Source: Deltaproteobacteria bacterium TL4
GTDB taxonomy: Bacteria > SAR324 > NAC60-12
Length of the DNA stretch: 31,356 bases
NCBI GenBank assembly: GCA_051382335.1
Contig: JBBCAX010000123.1
Span: 1-31,356 of the forward strand
Reading direction: 5' to 3'
In this document: one piece after another, positions 18,006-28,212 of the stretch
How the letters are laid out: each line of letters starts with the position of its first letter
Position numbering within the stretch: the first letter of the stretch is position 1
Translations under genes and position numbers: made by a program
Notes under the pieces: generated by a model
What the model saw: the letters and a program-made list of their open reading frames with translations, nothing else
Told to the model about the DNA's origin: nothing
Databases searched by the model: none

Positions 18006-19550
18006 TTACCAGTCCAGAAAATTTTCCTTTGCCTTGCTGGACGTCGGCGCGGAAGTGGTGACAGAACGGGTACCCACTGTTTTTATGGAGACCTTGGATT
18101 GCGGTGAAGAGGGTTGAGGCTGAGAGCGCATCTCGGCTTGAACTGGAGGACGAGGATCCTCAACATCACCGTACTTTCCTCGAACCACTTCGCGAAGTTC
18201 GTGCATCATATTAAGCGAAGATGAAGCTAATTCTTCAGAGGAGGCGGCATTATGGCTGACAGTGATTGATATTTGAGTGATGCCGTCATTAATGCTGGTT
18301 GACGTCGCCGCTTGTTCCTCTGTTGCCGCTGATATCTGTGCCACCATTTCTGCGGTTTTATCCACATGTTCGATAATCAGGGAGAGCATTTCACCAACTT
18401 TTTGAGACAATTCGGACCCTTCCTTAACTCGTACCGCACTTTCTTTGATGAGTTTTGAAATATCCATTGCGGCCTTCGCGCTTCGCTCTGCCAATTTACG
18501 AACTTCATCCGCAACAACCGCAAAGCCTTTTCCATGATCGCCCGCACGGGCTGCCTCTATGGCGGCATTAAGAGCCAGCAAATTCGTTTGTTCCGCAATA
18601 TCCGAGACGACTCTTATGATGTCCGTAATCTGTTTTGACGATTCCTCAATAAGTTTCATCGAAGCAACCGTTTGTTGAACAGATTCGCCACCGGCTTTGG
18701 CTTTTTTGGCGGAATCATAGGCAACGTTAGAGACCTCACTGGCATATTTGGCAACATCCTGAATAGACGAAATCAGTTCTTCAAGTGAGGCACTGATCTC
18801 TTCCACTGCCGAGCTTTGAGTTTGCGCGTTGGAAGAGAGGGTGTTGGCTTCGCTGGTGACTTCTCTGGAAATGGCTTCCATGTTGATTAAGCCCCTTTTA
18901 ATCTTGGAAACAACAATACTGGTAATGATGAGTGTCAGCACAATCGCAGCGATAAACGCGGCTATCAACTTCCATAGCAAACTGGCAATCTGGTGCTCCA
19001 CATCGGTCATGTAAATCCCTGTCCCAACGACCCATCCCCAAGGTTTGAATAAGGAAATATAGGATAGTTTGGGTTCAGGTTCTTTAGCCCCGGGTTTAGG
19101 CCACAAATACTCAACATAACCCTGTCCCTCTTTTTTACTGAGAGAGACAAATTCCTGAAATAAATATTTGCCGTTTGGGTCTTGAATACCACTCACATCT
19201 TGTCCATTCAACTTGAGTTGGACCGGATGCATCAGCATGATATGGTTTAAATCATTCACCCAAAAATATTCATCTCCGTTATACCTCAGTTCTTTGACGA
19301 TTCCCAACGCCTTTTCCTGAGCTTCCTTGAGAGTCATCTCTCCATTTCGCGCCTTGAGTTCATAAGCGGCAACCATTCCTGTTGTCGTTTCCACCACATT
19401 GCGGATAGTCGTCCTTTTCTCATTCCATAAACTTTCCTCAAAGAGCGGAAGAACATAGGCGAAAACGACGAATCCTATGATGAAAACCGCCAGTAAAACA
19501 AGACTGATGATTTTTGAGTACATCCCCCCTGAAAAAAATTTATTCTTCAT
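18006..19550 (-). CDS. Methyl-accepting chemotaxis protein with an sCache_2 sensor
   Basis: TM, Cache ([33 protein letters not shown]), TM, then [33 protein letters not shown]. Confidence 0.96.
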   Translation of the reverse strand: MKNKFFSGGMYSKIISLVLLAVFIIGFVVFAYVLPLFEESLWNEKRTTIRNVVETTTGMVAAYELKARNGEMTLKEAQEKALGIVKELRYNGDEYFWVNDLNHIMLMHPVQLKLNGQDVSGIQDPNGKYLFQEFVSLSKKEGQGYVEYLWPKPGAKEPEPKLSYISLFKPWGWVVGTGIYMTDVEHQIASLLWKLIAAFIAAIVLTLIITSIVVSKIKRGLINMEAISREVTSEANTLSSNAQTQSSAVEEISASLEELISSIQDVAKYASEVSNVAYDSAKKAKAGGESVQQTVASMKLIEESSKQITDIIRVVSDIAEQTNLLALNAAIEAARAGDHGKGFAVVADEVRKLAERSAKAAMDISKLIKESAVRVKEGSELSQKVGEMLSLIIEHVDKTAEMVAQISAATEEQAATSTSINDGITQISITVSHNAASSEELASSSLNMMHELREVVRGKYGDVEDPRPPVQAEMRSQPQPSSPQSKVSIKTVGTRSVTTSAPTSSKAKENFLDW

Positions 19551-19591
19551 ATAGTGTCCATTCCTTCTCCATAAAAGGGAAACTTAGTTAT

Positions 19592-19840
19592 TTATTTTTC
19601 ATCTTTAGCGGCCATTCTAATGGTTGTTGTTAAATGTTCAAGCATTCTTTCTGGGGTGCCCCAGTGTTTCATATCAAAACCATGTTTTTGCACGGTTTCT
19701 CGTACCGCTTTTAACATTTTGCACAGATCCACCGTTGTTTTTTGTGTTTTGGCTTGGTCTGCAATCACGATTACCAGATCCTGAGACGGCTTCCAATGAA
19801 GCTCAAATTCGGAAAGGGGGTTGTCTTCTGCAACTTTCAT
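19592..19840 (-). CDS. Small hypothetical protein
   Basis: 82-aa ATG ORF that fills the gap between two co-oriented genes with short spacers. Confidence 0.65.
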   Translation of the reverse strand: MKVAEDNPLSEFELHWKPSQDLVIVIADQAKTQKTTVDLCKMLKAVRETVQKHGFDMKHWGTPERMLEHLTTTIRMAAKDEK

Positions 19841-19875
19841 TTTTTCTCTAAGGGAGAGGATTCTGTGGCGTAAGG

Positions 19876-22800
19876 TTACTTTTTTTCAATCCGAAAAATT
19901 CCGTTCCAATTTTCTGGAGGGAGTTTAATAAAGAGTTGACATCGATCAATAAAAACCTTTACCAAATAATCTTCAGGAACCACTTTCGCGTAATTTTCAA
20001 AGAGGGACAGGGCCCTTAGCCAAGTTCCTGCCTGATAGCTGTCAAAAGCCTGTTGGAAAAGACCTTGATACCGCAATTTTAACTCTCGTTGAGGCTCTGG
20101 ATCATGATTAAATATTTCATAAATCCAGGTGCTGTTTTGTCGTCCTTTTACCTGCACTTGATCAATCCTTCGAAGCCTGAGTGGATGATCCGAAGGGATG
20201 GCCTTGACCAATTCTCCTCCAATAAGAAAGGTACATTGGTAGTATTTGGTGAGCGATTCAATACGAGAGGCAATGTTGACCGTGTCGCCCAAAACGGTGG
20301 TATCCATTCTCTCTTTTGAGCCAATCACGCCCATAGTGACTTCGCCGGTATGAATCCCAATCCCGATTTTCAACGGAACCTTGCCCTGCTGTTGGCGAAG
20401 CTGATTGTACTGTTTCAACGCTTCCTGCATGGCCAAGCCGGCCTCAATGGAATCCAGCGGCGATTGATCAAACAACGCCATGATGGCATCCCCTATGAAT
20501 TTATCCACAAAGCCACGATGTTGACGTATGGGCGCATCCATATACAGCAGGTATTCATTCAAAAATTGAAACACGTCGTTGGGCGGCATGGATTCTGTGA
20601 GGCTGGTAAAGGAACGGATATCCGAAAAAAGGACAGACATTTGGCTTTGTTGTCCCATCCCTGCGGTTAAGTCCTCAATGGAGTCACAACACAGTAACCG
20701 GCTGGTAAATTGTCGCGGAACAAAACGTTCAAAGACTTTCAGCGTGGCTTCGGTCTGACGGCGGGCCTGTTGTTCTTTCTCATAAATTTCCGCATTCCTC
20801 ATCGCAATGGCCACTTGAGTCGCGAAAATATCAACAACTTCTTTATCTTTTAAACTAAAAACAGCGGTTGCCTGACGGTTGTCCAGATAAAGAATGCCTT
20901 TGGTTTGACCTTCCAGCGTAATGGGGGTGGCTAAAATGGATCGCATTTGTTGGCGCTGAATGCTTTCACTTTGTTGCCATTGCAACTCGTTTCGCGCGTC
21001 TCGTGTGACAACGGTTTTTTGCTGACACAACACTTCCTTAAGCACACCAAGGCTATAGCCATGTTTTTCAGGGGGAATGGTTTCGCCTTTGGCGTTCATG
21101 GCGACTCTTAAACAAGCCGAAGCGGACGTATATTCAGTTTTTTCTGAACTTGCTGTGAACAAATAACCATTTTCAGCACCCACCATCTGCATGGATCCTT
21201 CCAAAACCGCTTCAAAAAGAGCGTTGGTATCCAGCGTCCCTGTGATTTTACGGTTAATTTCCAGGAGTTTGAGCATCTCTGTATTCCCGTGCAGAACTGA
21301 AGACAACTGAGAGGAGGAATCGCTCGAGCTCCGGGACCATGTTTTGAGATCATCGTTGTAAAGCTCATAGTAGCCTGTAACTTCCATTTCCAGCATTGCT
21401 TTAAGAATCTGATTCGCCTTCTCTATGGACTTCCGATTCCGTGTTTTATGCCAAGACCACTTTGTCTGTGCAAACGTGAGGTGGCTTTCCAGCAAAGGGG
21501 AGTGGATCGGTTCCGCGTATTGCTGAGCTTCGTCTAACGCTTGTTTTGCCTCATCAAGCTGGTTGAGTTGTAAATAGGCCCATGCGGCCTGTATGGCGTA
21601 AAAAGACTGCATATAGGGATCCGGTCGAAATTCCATTTGTCTCCGGGCTTCTTCAACGTAGGACAGTGCCGTTTCAGGTTCTTCTTGTTGAAGGGCCATT
21701 TGGATTCGTCCCAGCAAGGCCATCGGGCGCTCCACATGTTGAAAGTAACTTCCTTCTTTCTGCAGTAATTCGTCAAATAAACTCAACGCCTCACTCACCA
21801 TGCCTTGCATCCCATAGGCTCTGGCTAAAATGGTTTTAGCCGTTTTTTTCCCAAGCGCCCCTAAAGGCACAGGGGTTTCTTTAAGTTGTTCCACGAGTTG
21901 AAGAACAGTTCGAAATTCACCACGCTCCGTTTCGATATAAGCCAGGGCAGAAATACGAATCCCTTCCGCATAACGATACTGATTTTCTTTCAGAATTTTG
22001 ATAGTGCGTTCCAAGTCGGTTTTTGCCTGGTTAAAACGACCCAAGTATCCCAGCAGCACACTTCGGATCATTACGGAACCCCATACTTCATGAAAGGCTT
22101 TGAATTGGAGGGATAACTCAATCCCTTGACTCAACAGTTCTTGACGCTCTTCATAACTTTTGTGGCTCGCAACGCGTCCCAGTAAATTATAAACATCCGC
22201 GACATACCGTCCATCTTCAGGAAGAACGGCCATGGCCTGAACTTCTTCCCCATAGCGGAACATTTCTTTTTTATTCCCGAGAAAAAAGCTGAGGGAGGCT
22301 TTGAACGCCAGCAGTTTCATCAGCCGGGTCTTGTCCCCCTCAACCCACTGTTCCAGTTCTAATGCCTGTTGCCAGTGCAAATCAAAATTATGGTCTAAGA
22401 AAAAATCATGACGTGCGGCTTGATAATGCAAATCGAAAAGCTTCTCTGAGGTTAGGGAGGAGGGAGGCAGTTTCTTAAGCACATCCTTGGCAAGATTGAA
22501 ATAGAACTGTGTCTGACGATTGCTGAACATGCCATCAGAAGTTAAATGAGCCGCCCTCAAGTAATATTCCAAGGCTCTTTGAGGATCCCCGGTTTTGCCC
22601 CAATGATGCGCAATATCATAAATACTTTCAGGGGCTTTGGGCAGAATGACGTCCTCGAGAAAAAGAGCAATCATTCTATGAACTTCCTGCCTTAAATCCA
22701 GCGGCATTTTTCGGAGCAGAATTTCCCGCAGTTTATAATTTCTAAAAGCGTAAAGCTTCTCGGAATCCACACTCAAAACGCCATGTTGAATCGTCTTATC

Positions 22801-24780
22801 CAGAAAAGAGAGGAGTTGTGTATCATCAATCGTGACCATGGCCGGAGGCGCCTGAAGAACACGATGCAAAGCTTTGCATGTAAAGGCCCGCTGAAAGGCC
22901 GCACCGCGTTGTAAAATCGCTTGTTCCACTTCCGAAAACGCAATCAAAGGAATCGTATCCTGTTCTTGCGTACTCGATTTTTTGATACACCGCAAGGTTT
23001 CTTCAAAATTTAATTGCCAAAAGCCGCCCTCATAGTAAATATCCCGATGATCCAGCAAGTTTTGCAAAAGATGTTTTAAGTAGGCAGGGTTCCCTTGTGT
23101 CGCACAGTACAAAGGCTCAAGTAATTGAGGCAGGTCATGCAGTTTATTGGAAAATAATAATTGCAACAGTTCGCCAAAGGTTGCTTCGGTTAAAGGGGCC
23201 AGATGAAGGCGATAGATTAACCCTTGTTGAGCATATTGATTAAGCTCTTTTTGAAAATTTAAGGGAATATCCTCATAGCTAGAGGAGACCACCCAGGTTA
23301 AAGCAATTTTTTGAAAGGAATCAAACTCTTCCAACAAACACTTCATTGAAGAGGAATCCAGATTTTGAAAATCATCGATAACGATGGTGATATGTTTTTT
23401 GTGATGAGATACGGTTTTAAAAAATTCAATAATAACCGAACGGTAATCCGAATCTTTCCAGGCTTCAGGATGGGAGAAACTCTGAATGAACGAGTTTTCA
23501 AGCCAAGAGGATAACGCCGGAACGATTTCCAAAAATAAACCAAAGCGATAATCGTAGGTTTTGAGGCAATACTGGATGATGGTATATTGTTCTGCCTCAG
23601 AAACGCTTTTCAGATAGGACACAAATTTTCCCATTAAGGATCTGAAAAATTTATAAGGAATATCGGTTTCCTCTTTTCTGGGTTGTTCATGCCAAACCCT
23701 CTCTCCTTGTGCTTGAAGTTTATTGGACAGTTCTGCAAGCATCCGTGTTTTTCCCACTCCGGGAGCCCCTTCCAAAAAGGCGATGCCTCCGGTATTTGTT
23801 CGTTTGGAGCGTTCGAGAATGGTTTCTATTTGGTGTATTTCTTGATTGCGTCCAATAAAAGGGTACTCTTGCGGAAGGCTATCCCAGTGGTCATCGTCTC
23901 CGAGCTCAAATTTTATTTCACCGGAAGGTTGTGATTTTAAAAGTCGGGCCAAGTGTTGAATGTCTTTTAGTAATCCACGGGTTGTTCGGTAACGGTCATC
24001 AGGATCTTTTCGAAGCAGTTTAAGCACCATGTCCTCTAAAGACGGAGGAAGATCCTTTCTGAAAAGAGAAGGTGCCTCCGGTGTCTGTGCGATGTGTTGA
24101 TGAATCAAAAGAGCGGAATCCTCACTTCTAAAAGGAACCTGTCCCACCAGCGTTTCATAGATCAGAATTCCCGCTGAATACAAGTCGGCCCGATGATCAA
24201 CTATTTTGCGCAGGATCCCTGTCTGTTCCGGGGCCATATAAGCCAAGGTTCCTCCCTGGTTGCCGATGGCGCTCACGAGTTGAGATAAACCAAAATCGAG
24301 TAACTTGATTTGAAATTCATCCTCCGTCTGATGGTCAATGATGATATTGGAAGCTTTAAGGTCATGATGGACCAGACCGTGCTCATGGACGTAAAGAAGT
24401 GTCTCCGCCAAACATTCGATAAAATGGATCACAGCCTTAATGGTCAGAGGACCGTGACTCTGGAGATATTGCAATAGGGTTGGCGCTCGTAAATATTCCA
24501 TGACTAATAAGTAAATATCATCTTCATGGACAAAATCTTTATAACTCACAATATAGGGGTGCTGTAGCGTTTTTAAATTTTCCGCTTCCTTAGTAAACCG
24601 TAGAACCGTTTCCAAGGGAAATTTTTCTTTTTGAATATCGATTAATTTGATCGCTTTTTCGTCTCTGGCTTGACGATCCCAGGCAAGAAAGACTTGCCCC
24701 ATCCCCCCTTCACCAAGCAGGCCTTTAATCTCGTAACGATTCAATAACGTTTTTCCCAGATAAGAAGAATGTCTCAGCAT
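19876..24780 (-). CDS. Multidomain Ser/Thr kinase - P-loop (STAND-like) ATPase - TPR - GAF - class III adenylate cyclase
   Basis: Kinase: GEGGMG, AIK, HHDLKASN, DFG, YMAPE. ATPase: FIGR, GAPGVGKT, IVIDD. GAF: GILYLDN. Cyclase: FSDIRSFT, DKFIGDA, GIGIHTG, GDTVNIASR. Confidence 0.93.
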   Translation of the reverse strand: MLRHSSYLGKTLLNRYEIKGLLGEGGMGQVFLAWDRQARDEKAIKLIDIQKEKFPLETVLRFTKEAENLKTLQHPYIVSYKDFVHEDDIYLLVMEYLRAPTLLQYLQSHGPLTIKAVIHFIECLAETLLYVHEHGLVHHDLKASNIIIDHQTEDEFQIKLLDFGLSQLVSAIGNQGGTLAYMAPEQTGILRKIVDHRADLYSAGILIYETLVGQVPFRSEDSALLIHQHIAQTPEAPSLFRKDLPPSLEDMVLKLLRKDPDDRYRTTRGLLKDIQHLARLLKSQPSGEIKFELGDDDHWDSLPQEYPFIGRNQEIHQIETILERSKRTNTGGIAFLEGAPGVGKTRMLAELSNKLQAQGERVWHEQPRKEETDIPYKFFRSLMGKFVSYLKSVSEAEQYTIIQYCLKTYDYRFGLFLEIVPALSSWLENSFIQSFSHPEAWKDSDYRSVIIEFFKTVSHHKKHITIVIDDFQNLDSSSMKCLLEEFDSFQKIALTWVVSSSYEDIPLNFQKELNQYAQQGLIYRLHLAPLTEATFGELLQLLFSNKLHDLPQLLEPLYCATQGNPAYLKHLLQNLLDHRDIYYEGGFWQLNFEETLRCIKKSSTQEQDTIPLIAFSEVEQAILQRGAAFQRAFTCKALHRVLQAPPAMVTIDDTQLLSFLDKTIQHGVLSVDSEKLYAFRNYKLREILLRKMPLDLRQEVHRMIALFLEDVILPKAPESIYDIAHHWGKTGDPQRALEYYLRAAHLTSDGMFSNRQTQFYFNLAKDVLKKLPPSSLTSEKLFDLHYQAARHDFFLDHNFDLHWQQALELEQWVEGDKTRLMKLLAFKASLSFFLGNKKEMFRYGEEVQAMAVLPEDGRYVADVYNLLGRVASHKSYEERQELLSQGIELSLQFKAFHEVWGSVMIRSVLLGYLGRFNQAKTDLERTIKILKENQYRYAEGIRISALAYIETERGEFRTVLQLVEQLKETPVPLGALGKKTAKTILARAYGMQGMVSEALSLFDELLQKEGSYFQHVERPMALLGRIQMALQQEEPETALSYVEEARRQMEFRPDPYMQSFYAIQAAWAYLQLNQLDEAKQALDEAQQYAEPIHSPLLESHLTFAQTKWSWHKTRNRKSIEKANQILKAMLEMEVTGYYELYNDDLKTWSRSSSDSSSQLSSVLHGNTEMLKLLEINRKITGTLDTNALFEAVLEGSMQMVGAENGYLFTASSEKTEYTSASACLRVAMNAKGETIPPEKHGYSLGVLKEVLCQQKTVVTRDARNELQWQQSESIQRQQMRSILATPITLEGQTKGILYLDNRQATAVFSLKDKEVVDIFATQVAIAMRNAEIYEKEQQARRQTEATLKVFERFVPRQFTSRLLCCDSIEDLTAGMGQQSQMSVLFSDIRSFTSLTESMPPNDVFQFLNEYLLYMDAPIRQHRGFVDKFIGDAIMALFDQSPLDSIEAGLAMQEALKQYNQLRQQQGKVPLKIGIGIHTGEVTMGVIGSKERMDTTVLGDTVNIASRIESLTKYYQCTFLIGGELVKAIPSDHPLRLRRIDQVQVKGRQNSTWIYEIFNHDPEPQRELKLRYQGLFQQAFDSYQAGTWLRALSLFENYAKVVPEDYLVKVFIDRCQLFIKLPPENWNGIFRIEKK

Positions 24781-25121
24781 CGCTTTAGTTCCAATGAGTG
24801 TTAATCCCGTAGTGAGTTTCCGAACCGCCCTGCTTTCAATATAAAGCCCTGAACTGGAAAGCGCAATTCTGATTATGGAGGTGCCCAGTATTCAACCCTA
24901 AATTTTAAACCGCTACAATGAGATTCCTGAAAATTTCAAGGGACAAAGAAAGTCCACAGACTTGGGTTATTTTTCTACCAGGGACTGTCCTCAACCTGCT
25001 GAACTCATGCCAGCATCGGGCTTCGCGTATCACCTGATGCAGCGTGAAATCAATAAGCTTGGAGCGACAAAAAACGAGGGAAGCGTTTCAAAAAGAAGGA
25101 CTGTCAGAGGGATTCTGTTAG

Positions 25122-25151
25122 AGGAAAGGCTTTGACGCCTTTCCTGTTTTT
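25122..25151 (+). terminator. Intrinsic terminator-like hairpin downstream of pckG, with the U-tract on the + strand
   Basis: AGGAAAGGC-tttgac-GCCTTTCCT followed by GTTTTT. Confidence 0.55.
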
Positions 25152-25193
25152 CAATTACCTTTTAGCCTTCAGCACTGCTGAGACAGCGACTGA

Positions 25194-26984
25194 TTAACCG
25201 AGACGTTTTTTCAAGCCATCAAGCTGTTTCTGCAAGCGTTTTGGCAGGCGAGTACCGAATTTTTCAAAGTATTTTTGAACATCAGGTACTTCCGCTTTCC
25301 AGGCAGCAATATCAACTTTTAGCAGTTCCTTGAGGTTTTCTGAAGCAATGGATAAACCAGACAAGTCCAGATCCCCGTCATTGGGCAAAATCGCAATCGG
25401 TGTTTCCTTTGCTTTTACTTTGCCTTCGACGCGATCACACATCCACTTCAGCACACGGGCATTATCGCCATAACCTGGCCATAAGAATTTGCCTGCCGCA
25501 CTTTTTCTGAACCAGTTGACGTAAAAAATGCGTGGAGCTTTTTTGCCGAGACGGTCACCCATGTCCAGCCAATGCTGAAAGTAGTCGCCCATGTGGTAGC
25601 CGCAAAAAGGAGTCATCGCAAAAGGATCGCGACGGAGATTACCGACAGAACCGATGTTTGCTGCGGTGGTTTCCGAACCTGCGGTTGCCCCCATAAACAC
25701 CCCATGATCCCAATTGTAGGCTTCTTGCACCAAAGGCACAACACCAGCCCGTCGTCCTCCGAAAACAAAAATGTCGATGGGCACGCCTTCCGGTTTTTCC
25801 CAATCGGCGCAAATGACAGGACATTGGGTTGCTGGCGCCGTAAATCTGGCGTTAGGATGGGCTGCTGGCTCTTTTACTTCAGGAGTCCAGTCCCTGCCTT
25901 TCCAGTCAATCGCATGGGCTGGAGGCGCGCCATCCAGGCCTTCCCACCAGATATCGCCATCATCTGTCAGCGCACAGTTGGTAAAAATCGTATTTTCCTT
26001 GATGCTCTCCATGGCCATCGGATTGGAATTGTAGGCGGTTCCTGGAGCGACTCCAAAAAAACCACTTTCGGGATTAATGGCATACAACCGGCCATCGGGA
26101 CCAATCTTCATCCAGGAAATATCATCACCCACACATTCCGCTTTCCAACCCGGAATAGCAGGTTGAAGCATCGCAAGGTTTGTTTTTCCACAAGCGGAAG
26201 GAAACGCCGCAGCGATGTGATATTGCCGTCCCTCGGGATTTGTCAAACGCAAAATCAACATGTGCTCGGCCATCCAGCCTTCCCGACGAGCCATCGTGGA
26301 GGCTATTCTGAGCGCAAAGCACTTTTTGCCCAACAGCGCGTTGCCTCCGTAGCCTGAGCCATAAGACCAGATCAGATTTTCTTCAGGAAAATGGCAGATG
26401 TATTTTTTTTCTATGGGCGCACAGGGCCACTTTGAATCTTTTTGCCCCGGTTCCAAGGGAGAACCGATTGAGTGCAGACAGGGAATAAACGCTCCAGCGG
26501 ATCCTAAGGCTTCCAAAACTTTGGTTCCCACTCGTGTCATGATCTGCATATTACACACAACATAAGGGCTGTCAGAAATTTCGACTCCTATTTTTGACAT
26601 AGGAGAACCCAAGGGACCCATTGAGAAAGGAATCACATACAGAGTTCTTCCTCGCATACACCCTTTGTAAAGAGCTTTCATCGTTTCTTTTAACTCATGA
26701 GGAGCAACCCAATTATTCGTGGGGCCGGCATCTTCCTTCTTGAGTGAACTGATATAAGTGCGGTCTTCCACCCTCGCTACATCGCTAGGATCAGAACGGA
26801 AGAGAAAACTGTTAGGACGTTTTTTCAGAGGAGTGGCCATGCCGCTTTTGACCATCTGCTGCATGAGTCGGTCATACTCTGATTTTGAGCCATCACATAC
26901 GTATATCGTATCAGGTTTACAAAGTTCAGCAACTTCGGCCACCCACTTTTTCAATTTACTATTCTTAATATCTACGTTCGTCAT
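25194..26984 (-). CDS. pckG: Phosphoenolpyruvate carboxykinase (GTP)
   Basis: [43 protein letters not shown] and AHPNARF motifs. ATG 26984 has an AAAGG RBS (ORF-track start is 27068). Confidence 0.96.
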   Translation of the reverse strand: MTNVDIKNSKLKKWVAEVAELCKPDTIYVCDGSKSEYDRLMQQMVKSGMATPLKKRPNSFLFRSDPSDVARVEDRTYISSLKKEDAGPTNNWVAPHELKETMKALYKGCMRGRTLYVIPFSMGPLGSPMSKIGVEISDSPYVVCNMQIMTRVGTKVLEALGSAGAFIPCLHSIGSPLEPGQKDSKWPCAPIEKKYICHFPEENLIWSYGSGYGGNALLGKKCFALRIASTMARREGWMAEHMLILRLTNPEGRQYHIAAAFPSACGKTNLAMLQPAIPGWKAECVGDDISWMKIGPDGRLYAINPESGFFGVAPGTAYNSNPMAMESIKENTIFTNCALTDDGDIWWEGLDGAPPAHAIDWKGRDWTPEVKEPAAHPNARFTAPATQCPVICADWEKPEGVPIDIFVFGGRRAGVVPLVQEAYNWDHGVFMGATAGSETTAANIGSVGNLRRDPFAMTPFCGYHMGDYFQHWLDMGDRLGKKAPRIFYVNWFRKSAAGKFLWPGYGDNARVLKWMCDRVEGKVKAKETPIAILPNDGDLDLSGLSIASENLKELLKVDIAAWKAEVPDVQKYFEKFGTRLPKRLQKQLDGLKKRLG

Positions 26985-27075
26985 ACATGCCTTTCTATAG
27001 TACACATTTACTGTTCCACACCAACCAAGGAGGTCACCGATTTTTCTGGTTTTCTGAGACATCCCCACAATAAAT

Positions 27076-27165
27076 CTCCATCACACGATGGAGTTCGACA
27101 GAATTAATTTCAGTAGGAACGCCACCACATCAGACTCCAATGCGGTGCATTCCCACTAAAATTAA
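27076..27165 (-). other. Structured RNA element: a ~29-bp G-U-rich stem plus a 7-bp hairpin in the speD-pckG spacer
   Basis: Arms 27104-27134 and 27136-27165 differ at six positions, all G-U pairs on the minus strand, plus one bulge. CTCCATC-N4-GATGGAG lies at 27076-27093. Confidence 0.6.
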
Positions 27166-27185
27166 CTGGAACGGATTTTTCGAGC

Positions 27186-27557
27186 TTAAACCCTTTCGCC
27201 TCTTTTGACCACTTTCATGTCATAATCGTCCGCACGGAATGATTCCTTACAAAACTTCACAACAGCGTCAGGACTATAGGGTGCACAACTAAACACATCC
27301 AGGAAAACAGAACAATAATTGTCAGCAAAATGCCCAGAGATGAGCGAGGTTTCTATAAGCTGCGTCATACTGTAACCGGAGACATCCGGATGATCACCGA
27401 AATAAACGATTTGAACTTCTCCATAACGTTTCATTCCAATTCTTTCGCACAACTCAATCACAAACTTTTCTATGTGCTTTTTATCTTTCATAAGATTAAT
27501 ATCACAGGAATAAAGGTCGACGATTGTGTGCAGTCCCCATGAGTTATCATCCATCAT
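27186..27557 (-). CDS. speD: S-adenosylmethionine decarboxylase-family pyruvoyl proenzyme
   Basis: WGLHTIVDLYSC, GYS...IETSLISGHF and LDVFSC motifs; GGAG RBS; 123 aa. Confidence 0.8.
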   Translation of the reverse strand: MMDDNSWGLHTIVDLYSCDINLMKDKKHIEKFVIELCERIGMKRYGEVQIVYFGDHPDVSGYSMTQLIETSLISGHFADNYCSVFLDVFSCAPYSPDAVVKFCKESFRADDYDMKVVKRGERV

Positions 27558-28103
27558 AACATTTTCTCCATAATTTGATGTTTGCTTTGGTACATTGTTT
27601 TAAAAATAAGGAAATCACCAAATCAGGATTCCCGTTTTTTAAAGCTTTGTCCACAATAATTTAAATTTTCTGTGTTCTCTGTGACTCCGTGAGTCTGTGG
27701 CTGATTCAACAAAGTCGAACTAAAGATGAAGCACCTTTTCTTTGTCAAAAAGGCCTGCATGCCTTGTAATTCATGCCCTAGAACGTGATAAGAAATCCCA
27801 TTCGCGCGGCAATATTCTTTTTTTAAAATGGAAAGAATTCGGCATATCCTTTTACTAATTATCTCAATGAGATAGATGAATTCCACCAAATTTAGCCCTT
27901 TTACCCTAAGGAATCAAGAAAATTTTAAAGGGCACAGGACCACAAAAGGGATTTAAAATCCGGACGATACTCTGTAGTTGCCGAAAAACTGCCGATTTAG
28001 CAAGAGAAAATGTAATTTACGGAGTGAAAAAAAATTAGAATGAGTCGCCATGAATCGGGTCTTCTCTTGTTGCCGTCTCACACTGGTTGCGCTGACGGAC
28101 TTT

Positions 28104-28212
28104 TCTGGTTTCCTAAGCTCCAGAGGAACTCAACGACACGGAAGCTCTGCTTCCTTGGAATGAAGCTCAAGCTTCAGTCACGGACTTCCCAAGCGGGAGT
28201 TCGGGAACCAGA
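28104..28212. repeat. Four-hairpin REP/REPIN-like element (GTTCCCAAGCTCC..GGGAAC type), degenerate
   Basis: Inverted ends TCTGGTTTCC and GGGAACCAGA, with inner hairpins GGAAGC-tct-GCTTCC and TGAAGCT-ca-AGCTTCA. Confidence 0.65.

Noticed and set aside
24920..25116. 6S RNA candidate based on size and partial end pairing
   Set aside because: The long rod-shaped pairing could not be built by eye and the usual zapA/ygfA context is absent; kept only as a generic sRNA possibility.
25572..26357. 261-aa plus-strand ORF
   Set aside because: Entirely antisense to the conserved pckG, with no motif.
27944..27998. GCCGA motifs as a sigma28 promoter
   Set aside because: No TAAA box at the correct 15-nt spacing and no flagellar gene downstream.
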